Assembly (NCBI RefSeq): GCF_001194135.2
Contig: NC_069000.1
Location: 872,094-936,093 of the forward strand
DNA: 64,000 bases
Direction of reading: 5' to 3'
Source of the DNA: Octopus bimaculoides
Lineage: Eukaryota
Shown: positions 12,499-25,597 of the stretch, piece after piece
Position numbering within the stretch: position 1 is the first letter of the stretch
How the letters are laid out: every line of letters starts with the position of its first letter
Notes under the pieces: model-generated
Told to the model about the DNA's origin: nothing
What the model saw: the letters and a program-made list of their open reading frames with translations, nothing else
The model's database searches: none
Translations under genes and position numbers: made by a program

Positions 12499-15400
12499 TT
12501 GGAGATAATCTGTTTTGGAGATAATCTGTGAGATTTCTTTGAGAAATGCTGTTTATGTGCATGAGGCAGGTCAGATTCTATAGAATCAATCAAGTCAGCG
12601 AGACAAAGGGAAGATTGTCTGAAAAATAGGAAGAAATCAACCAGAATATAAGTTCTCTTTTGGAAATACAGAAATTTAGTCAGGACAACAGATTACAACA
12701 GGCATTTGTTCATCATAGGAAATTTCACTATAAACGTTTTTGCTGTAAAAAGCAAAAAGACAATTGTATTGAAGTGTTTTGTCTCTGAAGTCTTTTAATG
12801 TTTGACATTGAATAAAGACTTTCCTATTTAATGCCTTTATAAAACACTTTATCATTCTTTCTTTTTTTATTTTATTTCAAAAAATACTGATATAACAAAC
12901 TTTATAATTGCTCATACAGAGAATTTGTCTTTCAGCAAAATTTCTTACTGTGAATTTCCCAATAGCAAAAACATTTACAGTGAAATTTCTGACACACACA
13001 CACATTTGTTATTCCTCAGCACACACACCCTCCACCACCACCACCACCAAACCACAAAGCAAAGTTTAATTCTATTCACTCTCTTCTTTATCTCCTATCT
13101 GACTGTAGGATGCTCTGCCTCAGCATACTCCTGTCTGACCCAGACAAGCATGGAAAAGAAGATCTTAAAACAATGAGGATGAGGATGCTGTTTCAAAATC
13201 CCACATGATCGACCAGACTATTGAATGCTGTTATACATCGCTATTCACAATGCACTTTGCATCAGTTTAGCTTGTGACTGGTGCCCCACCCCACTGGCCA
13301 GGCAAGCAGGCCAACATCCCAACCCCACCCCGATCAGAAGGCTGTTCCATCACAGGGATACTCAGGCCACACACACACACACACATTTCATATCTACACA
13401 GACACACACGTGACGACACACACACACGTTTTACAATGCCTTCCCATCAACACAATGCTTTGACAAATATACACACATATATACACACATACAAAGCACT
13501 GTGTCTCACGGAGAGTCTTCAAATGTCAAAATAATAAAAACACCAATGGCTGACAAAGTATTTCTCTTACTTCGGGCTGCTTGGAGATGTAACACTGCAG
13601 GAATCTTCAGGATTTACCTTGGTTGCCACTTCTCCAAGACTGAAAATAGAATTATGGAAATATTAATTATTGGCACCAACCATTTAGAGGAGGATATCTA
13701 TATCTGTCAGAAAAAAGACCTGCTGGAAAGAGCAGTCAAAATCTCCCTCAGATTACATGCTATCACCTTAAAGAAAAAAAAGGGATCCATTAGACAATTT
13801 AGTTTCTGATATATAAAAAATAGGGAATGGTCATGGCTGGAAAGCTTTTGGTCAGGGTCCACCAGAGTTTAAACAACTGCAACCAATACAATAAAACAAT
13901 TAAAATGCACCAAAATGAAGGAAACCTCTATGTGGTTATTCAGCCTGCAAGAAATAGCAGCCAAACTTCACATGAAACACCATAGAATAAAAAAAATAGG
14001 TCAAGTCAGCTAAGATATCCCATTCCTTTGAGAAGCACCAGGTTGGGCTGTTCCATATCAAGATGTTGGCTTTTATTGGGATTTTGAAACAGCATCATCA
14101 TCCTCATCATTTTAACATCTACTTTAACATACTTGACAACCACACAGCCATGCTTACTGCAAAAATTTCCTCAAAGGAAATCAACTTACTTTGAATCAGA
14201 GACAACCTCATCACAGGGTTCTTTGGATACAATTTCACTTTTCAATGAAGCTTCTTCAATGTCTTCAGGAATATTACAAGAATTCTCTTTATCTTGGCAA
14301 CTGATTGGTATTGTTTGACTAGCAAATGATAATTCAGGTATAGAATTTTCTGGAAGAAAAGAAAAGAAACACATTAATGAGTAAACAGCTCGTTAATTTA
14401 CAATATGTTTCCCTAAAGCAGAATTTTAAGAAACTACAAACAGCAAATAAAAATTATATCCCAAAATGTACAAAAAAAACCCAACCCAAAACAAATATGC
14501 ATCAGAAAATTTGAAGAGATTTTGCCCTAAAATAAAGTTAAACAATTCCAGCCTAGAAAGCACATGTTTAGCCATTCAAAACTAAAGACTTAACTTCATT
14601 TAATCATTTAGCATGCTATGACAGCTAAATAGTCTTGTTTTATGTTCAAACTGGCTAGATCTGGCTTCTCCCACCTATCCTACAATGTCATTCTAAAAAT
14701 ATACAATCACACCACCAAAATCTGAAAGCTTTGAGATAAACGCATGATAAATTCAAGACAATGTCAATAAATAAGCATTATGTTTGACAGAGAAATCTGA
14801 TTGCTAAAAAGTGAAACATTTATTATGATAATTGTTGAAGTGAAGTTAATAGTTTTTGTTATTTTTTCTTTTTTTTTTTTGAATGGTTGCAATATGTCTA
14901 TGATGCTGTAATTGGTCTCAGACCAAACCATTTGCATAGAGATCAAATAGGGACCACATGACACAACCTGAATATATTTCTACCAGGAGCCTAAAAGGCA
15001 CAGGGGGATTTCCTGGACCATTTTGTAGGAGGCCTTATATGCTTGAAAATTTGGGATAATATTTTATATAAATATATGTTAAAGAAAAAAAAAAAGAACT
15101 TACTACAATTAGAAATGGAGTCGAGTTGTAAAGGTTTAATGTCAGGATGATTAAGAATGGACATCAAACGATTCCGCTCTTCATTCAATAATTCCCTTTG
15201 TTTGACAAGAAACTGTCGACGTTCTTCGAAGTCCATTTGACAAAATTGTGCAGCGTTTAGATTATTTGCTAACAAATCAGGATGAGATGCTTTAGAAGTG
15301 TTTGATTGTAACGATGTGTTATGTAGTTCCTCCTCATTAGTTTTGTCAGAAAGTACAGCTTTATTGGTTAAATCTGTGTTTCTGGAAGGTGCAGCCTGTA

Positions 15401-18400
15401 ACAAGACATTTGGCAAACTATGCAGAGATGAACGAAGACTTGACGTCTTATGTTTGGCATAATTATCGTAAATATTGTTTTTCGAATGAGATGTATCAGA
15501 AAAGTTAAGATGCGCAAGTCTTTTATACGACTGAAGGGTTTCTGGAAGGCTAAATGCAGATCGGAAAGAATTGTGACTGGCACCACCATTAACAGCATTA
15601 GCAACTGTGTTTTGTGAACAGACTGAGCCACTGTAACCAAATTCTGAGCTCTTCTGTGTACTTGACATAATGGGTTCTTGAAGTGGACCAAACAATCTCC
15701 GTTCCTTTAACTTATCACATTTACTCTTTGGTTTTTCTAAATGATCCTTTGAAGTTATCATAGGCTCTGCATGCAAAGACACTGGCTGTCTAGTTTTAGA
15801 AATATTCATTTTGGCACCAGCTAATTCCTCTGCACATTCTTCAGCATAATCCATTTCTGAGGTAGTGAGACCTTTTTGAGAAGAGGTAGATTTCACACTG
15901 GCCTCTCGGAAATCTTTCAAAGATCTTTCTCCTGGTATTTCTCCATTAGCACAGTTTTGGGGTTGATCTCGAGGACTGGTTTTGAATATATATTTAGCAG
16001 GTTTCAAGTCCTTCCTGGCAACATGAGACACCAAATTAACTTTTTTATGATGTGGCACCCTTCTTGACAAATGAATATTTAATGAGTTGGAACTGTGTGG
16101 AGTTGAAATGTTGGAATTATTACGAGAAAGAGGCATTGTTGCAGTAGGTAACGTAAAACAAGTTCTTGAGTGAGGTAAATTACAATGATTGCCTTGATTA
16201 GAAACACATTCATGAGTCTTGAAGACAGGCTGTTGGGAAATGGTGCTATGTTGCACATTTTCCTAGAAAATCAGAAAATGATTCAATTTAAAAGTTAAAC
16301 AAAAACAATTCTTAAGTATTAAATTTTCATAAAAATATTTTAAAAATTTGTTTGTCCATTGATTCAGTTCAAGGTTTTTTTTTTCTGTTAGAAAAGCATG
16401 AAAAAGTATCAATACCAGTAATTATCCTTAAAGGAAGACACAATAAAGAAATTGAAAATAAATTAAACAAAGGGAAAGGCTGAAAAAAAAAAAAGAAAAA
16501 TACCAGCAAGAAGGGATTCTCATTTAAATACTCCAACCTCAGACTCAACAATGTGAGACCTCCTCACCCCTTTTCTACCACTACTGTAGTGGCCTTTGCT
16601 CTGTTACACCTGATTAGTCTTGTGCCATTCCATTAACTATAGTTGAACACACACACACACAAGGTAAAGTACAGTAGGATGAAACCCAGAACCATGCAGT
16701 TGTGAAGTGAATTCTTGGCCTGACAGTGAATGTGTCAAAGGATGGAAAAGCAAAGTCGACAATTTTCCCCACTAAGAACATAAAAGATTGAAGCAAATAC
16801 TAAATAATAATCTCATTTAGTGTTTACTCCATTCCTCTGTGTTGCTCTAAGCATGAAATATAAGTCAGTGTTGGCTTCCTTCCATTGAAGCTGGTGGGGT
16901 CTGCTTTCCATTGTGAGGGAGGGACTGTGTCTGTTCCCTGCAGAAAAAGTTAACAAATCTGGTGGTTTATGTCGAACTAATGCAAACAACTTGAGGCTGA
17001 GACAGAAGAAGAAAAATAAATTTAAGCTAGCAAGAGAGCCTGTTTATGATCATTTAATTAGCAAGAAATAGCAACTCAATCTCCTGCAAAACACATTCTA
17101 AAAGCATAAAAAATGGTGAAGGACCTTTGGAAAGAAGGTTTGGTTGGTCAGAATTAATCAGGAGCTAAACAAAATTTAAAACAACATTTGCCAAACATAC
17201 TTTGGTGTTGATTATTTCTTGGAGATTTTGGTCAGATGTTGGGTTCCTCTTTTGGTCTTGTAATTCAGTAAGAATGTGTTGGTAAATACTCAACAGATGT
17301 TGGCAGTCCATCATTTTACACAGAATTTCTGCACAAAATAGACATGCATACAAAGCATTAATTATGTGTGAGGGTCATTCATTTGCAATCTTCCAAGAAA
17401 TCCAACCCAGCCCTTGAGCTGTTCATTGTTTGAAGGACAAGGAGAAATATTACGTTAATTCAAAACAGGCGAGGGTTAATGAAAGGAAGAACATCATTGA
17501 AAATGAATCTCAACAAAGGCAATAAGAGAGAGGAGAGAGGGAGAGAGAAACGATTGCTATTTGCAGTCATCTTCAGTTGAAAAATAAACTAAAAGAATAA
17601 AGAATTTACGTTTGTGGTCATCGGTGAGGGCTTTAAGTTGATCTGTTAAACGTTGGATTTGAACTTCAAAATTGCCCCGTTCTTTGTTTAATTGTTGCTT
17701 GGCATTGTCCCGTTCATCACCAAGTCTACCAAAATAAGATACAAAATATACCTTTGATCATTTAATTTTCATCATAAGACTGGTAAAATGAGTTAATCCT
17801 TTTGTTAATATTTCTATTGAAGCACATAAACTTTGTGTGTGCCTAGATATACATAGTCTTCCTAATAAAGTTAGGTCCCATGGTTAAAGAAAAGTGAGTC
17901 TCACAGTTAAGGTTAGAAATAGTGTCACATGAACAGAATAATGTCTCAGCTTGCATTAACAAACAAAAAGCAAAGAATAAAGACAACAAATAAAGAAATA
18001 TGTTGCCATAGTGAAAAAAAAAAAAAAATGAACATGAAAACGAAACTGACTTAGCTAGTTCCAAAATGAGATTGGCCACACGTAGTTTATCTTCCTGGCA
18101 TAGATCTTTGAGGAGAATTTTGGAATAGTCTTCCTTTGAATTTCCATCATTGCTGAGTTTAGTGGAAGTTGATATTTTGCCAGACAGTCGGCTGGTCTTA
18201 GGATCAGATGACATCTTGGAAATAATATTGAGAAAAAGGAAATTCATAAAATATAAAAACTGAGAAAAAGCTTAAAACATGAGAACCAAAAAGATAGAAT
18301 GGTAAATATTCAATAAGATATTGACTTTTTGTAAATAAGTAAAGACATACCGTACTTTAACGTGTATAAGGAATCCCCTAATTTTGGGGGCTTAAAATTT

Positions 18401-18697
18401 TGAAAAAAGGTTTTGTAAGGGATTATGATACTATCCATGGATAAAAAAACTCCCATATTTTTTTAACCTAATTTTTGACAAAAAAGGGTTCCTTATACAC
18501 GTTAAAATAGGGTATTTAACTGTCATGGCTCCCCAGTTGGAAAAGAGAAAGTTTGAGGACATACTCTCTGATTACAGGGAGGCAAATATGAGAGAAATGA
18601 TAGAGAAGATTGGACAGGATGTGCGTCCATTGCCTTCGGTTGACCAATACCAGGGGAGTGGAATTTAGTAGAGGGGAAACTGTGCAAAAGTCCATTT

Positions 18698-18734
<37 letters not shown>

Positions 18735-21457
18735 GTGTTGTTTCATGTCTTATAACTTAGTGGTTTATCAAATAGATATCAATGAAATAAGTTGCAGAAT
18801 GAAATAAGTACCGGGATCTTTATCATCATTTAACGTCCATTTTCCATGCTGATATGGGTTGGAAGGATTGACAGGGAGCTGCACCAGGTTCCACAGTTTG
18901 ATTTTGACCTGGTTTCTATAGAGGTGGATGCACTTCCTAATGCCAACCACTTTACAGAGTGAGGGCTTTTCACGTGGCACCAACACTCTTTACATAGCAC
19001 CGTGGCTTTAGGATATCAATTCTGTTGTGGTGATATCTTAAAACAAAATATATAACTAACAAAGCCATTGACGGTTCTATCAAAGCAGTTCAAGGATTCA
19101 AAAACTTCAAAAGAGCACAGAAAAACTCTACTTACAGGGTCTGTTTGAGGGGAAATTAAATTGTGTCGAGAATTGGTCAAAGGAGGAGATTTAAAATGAA
19201 CTTCTTTGCATGGCTGCCACTTCACTTTTCTTGCTCTTTTGTTGCAATTCATGTCTACACCTAACACAAAACGAAAAATAAAATGTGAAATAATTGTTTT
19301 GAAACATTGGGTCTGAAAGCACATAATGCTATATACAATACCACGTCAATATTGAGTTGAAAAACACTTTAGACCGAAAAAGTTAAGGGCTGTTCATGGG
19401 ACTTGAACCCACATTTCCTGGAGATACGAACAGCCTTTGACTTTTTCTATCCAAAAGGATATTTCAACTCAGTATTTACATTCTATTATTTAAAGCTTTA
19501 TGTGATGAGAGCTGTGTGAAAAAGTGCCATTCCTAAACAGTGGAAGGAATCTGGGGTAGAGGGAGACCCGGGAAGACATGGTGAAGCATGACCTTCAAAC
19601 ATTGGGCCTCACAAAGGCAATGACAAAAGACTGAGACCTCTGGAGGTATGCTGTGACTGAAAAGACCCGGCAAATAAAGTGAGTTCACAGCTGTAACCTA
19701 CACCAGTGTCGCATAACCAGCCCACTCAAAAGTACCTTGGATTGTAGGGCGACATGCTACCTATTGAGTCAAGTGCACTTTACATTATTTTGTTAAGGTT
19801 GTAGAAATAACCTTAACAAAATAATGAAATAAAGCTTAACACATTCTTAACTACAGTAAAAAATATGATGTGACTGTGTAACAGTTGTGGCAGGGTTTGA
19901 AACAGCAACTTGTAGATTAGTAATCAATGGGTTTAATGCCAACAGTTTTAACACATCACAAATAGTTAACAGAAACAATTCTCAAAGACAATCTTACCAG
20001 GTATGTACACACGAGTAGCACAGGAATCTGAAACAGAAGAGGAGCATAGAAACTACTGAATGTTTTTTAAATAGCATTTGTAATATCTGCTGATATTATT
20101 TATAACATTTATTGATGGATTTTACATGGAGAAGATGGAGATACAACACAAGATGGAGCAAAAGCCGCCTAAAGGTTAGAAGTACAACAACTTTGAAGAA
20201 ATAATGATACTGGACAATGGGGAGGTTTTAGTCAGGGCAGATGGTCTCAAGTGAGTTAAACTGAGTTAACCAATCTATGATAAACTATATGGACATAAAA
20301 TGGCATAACCTTAGAATTTATACAGAGAAACTTGGGAGTCCAACATACTGTCTCTGTGATCCCTTTCCATTTTATACCAGAGGTCATTGGGTACATATTC
20401 GACGGCTTTACTGTGCGTGTGCGCGCTATCATTCGGCAAAAAAATGCACATATTGGCGAGAAATTCAATAAACAGGCAGTTTCAATAAAAGAAAAAAACT
20501 TGTTTATTTCGTCCGAGAGACACAGACACTCCCTAGTCACTGATGTCTTCCATAAATGCAGGGGACCAGGAATGGGCTCCTTTAGAAACCCGTAACCAAC
20601 GACGCTGTTTACAACATATCGATAAAAATACAAGACAAAGCAGCAAGTTGCTGGTTTGCTGACAATCATTAGTTTGTAGACCGCTTGTTTATGCTCCCTT
20701 TAAGCGTTTTGTTGTAGAGCCCCAGAACAGCTCTGACCTATAACAGTAACGTAGCTGGAGAGGACGAAGGACCCCGAGCGACGTTTTATAGGGACAGCAC
20801 TTAAGGGTCCGCTCAAGGGTTGCCCCGAGCGGCCCTACTGCCATATAAACCTCCTACATGATACTGTGGAGTAATTTGAGACATCACGCTGCTATGTTTA
20901 GTTGGTCGAAGGACCATATACAAGTTCCTTCATAGGTTAGTGTTTAGCTTGTTGATATTTAGCCCCAGGTCAGCCTCGGCCAAGCTAACCAAAGTATTAA
21001 ATGTATTCCGACCATGACCACCCCGTCCTTCTATAAATAATTGCGTATCTTAACCTATGTGTCGCTTTGGCTGCTGTTTCTAACAGGCCCACGTAGAGGC
21101 TTCCACTTCGGCTTGTGTTTATCTTAAAATATTATAAACGTTAACAGGTCTCGACATGCCAGCCTTTCTCTTCCGTACCATTGCACAGTAACATCGACGG
21201 TTTTCTGTTTGTCAACATATATTAAACAAAATAAACCGGCGACAATAAAAAACGGTCGACCCGGACTGAAATTAAAATGAGTTTCTTTTTGTAAATGGTG
21301 GATAAAGAGAAAGAAGCCATTCACCTTCACTTTTCCAAACGATATCGTTCTTTATACAACCGTTCGTATTTAAATCGCCCTCCGTTGACAACGACCACCA
21401 CACACTCGGACTTCTCTTCTCTCCTGTCTCTGGTTGCTCACTCAAACAATTCGCCAT
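12499..21457 (-). CDS. KIAA1328: Hinderin (KIAA1328); the 3' end runs into an assembly gap
   Basis: Exons 21325-21457, 19998-20027, 19136-19260, 18051-18214, 17610-17725, 17201-17328, 15104-16262, 14190-14349 and 12618 to the gap at 12498 are all GT-AG and phase-compatible. Conserved blocks are VYIPG, LKDLCQEDKLRVANLILELAK, DCQHLLSIYQ, EERRQFLVKQRELLNEERNRL and SLCLADLIDSI. They match recalled human VYVPG, [52 protein letters not shown] and TSLLDLVQSL. Exon 1 is the least certain. Confidence 0.85.
19505..19760 (+). mobile_element. RTE LINE 3' end fragment in a KIAA1328 intron
   Basis: agctgtgtgaaaaagtgcc...ggtagagggagacccgggaagacatgg...accttcaaacattgggcctcac...gaaaagacccggc is homologous to the RTE end at 25131-25370. 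Confidence 0.7.
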
Positions 21458-22439
21458 TCCTCCAACAACCAATCAACGCATTCCTTCACAAGGCGCATGT
21501 GCAACAGCATTTGACGTCGATCTTTTAATTATTCCGGGGCATCGGTTCTTGTTTGGTTTTCAATTAAATGTGGCGTGCAATGTTCTTTGTACACCATGCT
21601 TAAAGGTGTTGGTGATTATGCACTTCAACGCCTTTTTTTTTCCCAAATGCGTGATTGAACCGGTCTTTCTTTGAAAACGCGTAACTAAGGCCATCCCCCT
21701 ATTTCAGACTCGTATGACTTCTTTCCATCTCCTGGGTTATCACCAACTGTTCAAGGATTTTTTTCCTTGTCATATGGTGTTCAGTGAACCTAGCCCATGT
21801 TGTTGAAAATCTTATCAAAGGATCTCGGTGTTTGTTACTATCCATGTTGAACACTTACAACATTGTTGCAAGGAACCACGTTTCAGCAATGTTGTTAAGC
21901 TTTTGCACTTGTTTGTTCCCTCCCACATCCTGGATGTTGCAGTTAATGGGAGGGTCACTGCTTCCGTAACCGAACGGAAGAAAATCCTGAAGAATCAGGG
22001 CCTGACAGTGAGCTCTATGTCAACCTGAGACGTTTGGAAGGACTCAGTTACTAATCGCGAAGTTCTTGTCACATATTTTTAGTGAACATCATTCCAAAAT
22101 TGTTCTGGATCTAGTTTGTTTCATTCGTAAAATAAGCCCCCTTTAATTTTACTCAGAGCTTTCAGTTTTGGTATATCGATACAACTCTGAATTTTGATTA
22201 CGATCAACCAATCTTGTAAATATGCATATTTTGCGAATGAAAAACAACTAGATACATTTTGGAAATTTCTGAAACATGTGAATAACAAAATCAAATTCAG
22301 CGTGAAAAATTATGTCAGTATGTCAAATTGGTAGCCGCGTGTTAAAGTAAACATTAACCCAAATTTGATACACATTTTTAAAAAAAGTAAACATTAACAA
22401 AACGTTTTGACTAAATAGAAACAAAGACTGAGTTAAACT

Positions 22440-22630
22440 TTCGTCATTGTGACGTGATTCTTTCGTTTTCTGGTAGCGATCAAATAAATCGGAAGTCTTC
22501 AAGTTGTGATATAGCTATCGCGCAGAAATTTATTCTCGGTGGGGGTGGTAATTTGTAAGTCTTCACGATATTAGTTTATTTACATCCTGAACATTTTAGT
22601 TACTACTGACATCTTTAAAAATTGACAGGT
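22440..22630 (+). promoter_or_regulatory. Candidate promoter and non-coding first exon of the tandem-CARD gene
   Basis: CpG-enriched segment with TGACGTGA (CRE-like) and CGGAAGT (ETS) motifs and a donor gacag|GTAAAA at 22628. A matching poly-T acceptor lies just before the CARD ATG (tttttcag, about 25563). Confidence 0.35.
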
Positions 22631-23224
22631 AAAAATTCGAATTTTAGTTACAATTAACATAACTTAGTTTACTTTCCTTAACTGATTTAAATTCTATTCT
22701 GTAAAATACTGCGATTTACGTTGCATGAATAGGAAGTCATTTGTATCTTATCTATAAAGTAAACAAAAGAAAACCAGTTGATCACCTGCAAACAGAGTAT
22801 AACAAATTTTTTAATTAGAATGAGGAATTCCACATTCATAAACAAAGGTTGGCCCTAATTCTGCTTTGTGAGGTGGTGCTAAAAATAACAGCTAAATACC
22901 CTTTAAATCACACAAACATTTTTTTTTTGCATAGTCGTATGAATTTTCATGCCTAGAACACACATTCGCAAAAGTTTTCTGAAAATTCTAAACAATAGAA
23001 AGATTATGAGGGGTTCTATGCTGCGCGGAGAGCAAAATTCCGCCAAAAGTTGTCAACTTATTGAAATTTCCATTGACTTTGATATGGTACGAAGTGCATA
23101 GCAATAGACCAGTTATTAAGATTTCTTTATTCTTTATTATCTACTTTTTGTCATCTATGATACAAGATATGTGGATATGCTTGATGCTTACTAACTTCCT
23201 GTACTAGGATCTTTCTGGATCACA

Positions 23225-23256
<32 letters not shown>

Positions 23257-23929
23257 ACTCTGTAAGAAGTTCTGTTTACAAATTAACCTCCATATGAATG
23301 GTGTAGGAAGGCCATTGATAAACTCCCCTAAAATATCTAAATACTTTGCTGATAAAAATATTTTCACTTGGTTTTTAGGTTTTGAAAACTCAGCGGATAA
23401 GGCTTTGTCGATGCTAGATTGGTAAGAGGTGGGAGGTTACAGTGGCAGCAGGATTCAAGGCTGCCTCTCAGAGGTAGTGAACAAGAACATATAAGGTATT
23501 TATCAAGAGAAATACTACATGTATATATCATCATCATCATCATCGTCGTCGTCATTACTTTAAGTCTATTTTCTGTGCTTGTCTGAATTGAATTGGTTTT
23601 GTCCAGTATAGCTTCTGCTCAATTGTCTCCCTTCCTACTTCCAGTCTCTCTCTCTCTCTCTCGTTCAGTCTTGTGATACCAGCTTTCACCATTTCTTTGG
23701 CCTCTTTTAGCAAGTTCCTTCCACCTGTGTTGTCTGATACTTCTCCACCCTTTTCTGTCCATTCCCCCCACCTCCCTTTAATTCCTCTCTTCTCTGTCAT
23801 TCATGCATGCTATCATTAAATCCTTAATTTCAGCAGTTGTAATCATTATAAGATTCCTGATGAGTTTCAAGAAAAGCAGCTCTAATTGGAATGATCTTTA
23901 TAATTTAGCCACTGAAACTTGTGGGTGTA

Positions 23930-24120
23930 TTATCATCATCATCGTTTAACGTCCGCCTTCCATGCTGGCATGGGTTGGATGGTTTGACAGGAGTTGGCCA
24001 GACTTCTGTATCTGTTTTGGCAGGGATTTTACAGCTGGATGCTCTTCCAAATGCCAACCACTTTACAGTGTGGACTGGATGCTTTTTAAATGGCACCTGC
24101 ACTGACAGGGTTGCCAAGTA
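23930..24120 (-). mobile_element. RTE-related SINE/LINE tail copy
   Basis: atcatcatcatcgtttaacgtccgccttccatgctggcatgggttgg...acagctggatgctcttccaaatgccaaccac. Confidence 0.7.
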
Positions 24121-24829
24121 ACTTGCAAGACAGATCCTTTGAGAAGGGAGGGGGATTTTGGAGGAGGGGATCCTGTGTCGGATGATGGAAGGTTTTAGTG
24201 AGGCAGAGAGAGAGAAACAGGTGTCTGGCTGCGGAGAAGGTACAAGGTTACCCGGTGAGAGAGAGAGAGATCAGGAATGAGGACAGAAGCAAGTGGGCTG
24301 CTGTAGATGGTTACTCAGCCTGAGAGGAGGAAGAGTGTGGGAGACAGGAAAAGAGCAGAAGAGAGAGAGATGGTAGCAAAGTACCAGGGCATACTCACAA
24401 GGAACAGGGATCAGAATATAAATGGGATGGTTGAGTAAAAGAAGAGAGAGACACGAAAGTCATAATATAAGTGGCAGGGTATTGGTGAGTTGAGGGTGAA
24501 GGAGAGGAATGCAGTGAGTGGTGAGGACCTGGGTATATAGAGGGTAGGGGCAATTGACTGGAGAGCAATTATTCAGTAAGCGGGGGCCATGAGGACAGGA
24601 TTGGGGAGTGAGAGATAAGCTTAGTGCATGAAAGAGAAGAGATGTAGTTTGGTTTGTTGGGGTGGGGTGGGTGGAACACACGTGTCCAAAATTCCCTCAG
24701 CTATAAGCAGTGACAGTGTTGTCATTTCCCCTGTCAACATATCATCTGCTGGTTTTGTGCTTTCAAAGAGGTCCCTTATTTGAAAAATGGGTGAGTGTTT
24801 GTGACAAGAAGGGGATCCAACTGTATAAC

Positions 24830-25370
24830 GATATCATCATCATCATCATCGTTTAACGTCCGCTTTCCATGCTAGCATGGGTTGGACGATTTGACTGAGG
24901 ACTGGTGAAACCGGATGGCAACACCAGGCTCCAGTCTGATTTGGCAGAGTTTCTACAGCTGGATGCCCTTCCTAACGCCAACCACTCAGAGAGTGTAGTG
25001 GGTGCTTTTACGTGTCACCCGCACGAAAACGGCCACGCTCGAAATGGTGTCTTTTATGTNNNNNNNNNNNNNNNNNNNNNNNNNNNNNNNNNNNNNNNNN
25101 NNNNNNNNNNNNNNNNNNNNNNNNNNNNNNNTTGCCGGGTCTTCTCACGCACAGCACATTTCCAAAGGTCTCGGTCAGTAGTCATCGCCTCGGTGAGGCC
25201 CAAGGTACGAAGGTCTTGCCTCACCACCTCAGCCCAGGTCTTCCTGGGCCTACCTCTTCCACGGGTTCCCTCAACTGTTAGGGTGTGGCACTTTTTCACG
25301 CAGCTATCCTCCTCCATTCTCACCACATGTCCATACCAGCGCAATCGTCTCTCTTGCACGCCACAACTGA
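24830..25370 (-). mobile_element. 5'-truncated RTE LINE (ORF C-terminus, 3'UTR and (GAT)n tail), interrupted by a gap
   Basis: ORF QERRLRWYGHVVRMEEDSCVKKCHTLTVEGTRGRGRPRKTWAEVVRQDL, followed by the family 3'UTR ending ...acgttaaacgatgatgatgatg. Confidence 0.85.
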
Positions 25371-25597
25371 TGCTTCTGCTTCTTGCTTCTAATGTTCAGC
25401 TTTTCTCTCAAGAAGATATCTCAACATATTCTTCTAACTCATGCTACCATAGAAAAATGGATGTAAAATTAATGAAATGAAAACACTATACTGATACTTT
25501 TGTTGTAAATGTATTTGCACAGAGTTTATATACAGGGTTTTTTACTTTCTTTTTTTTTTTTCAGTAATAACAGAAGAAAACACAAACTTCATTCAGC

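Noticed and set aside
11669-12593. Long ORFs of 234-297 aa
   Set aside because: Mostly X residues from the assembly gap.
16800-16945. Candidate extra hinderin exon (ctgcag|GGAACAGAC...)
   Set aside because: No phase-0 donor was found, and the flanking exons already join in frame without it.
20256-20669. 137-aa minus-strand ORF in hinderin intron 1
   Set aside because: No recognisable homology, and it is not needed for the gene model.
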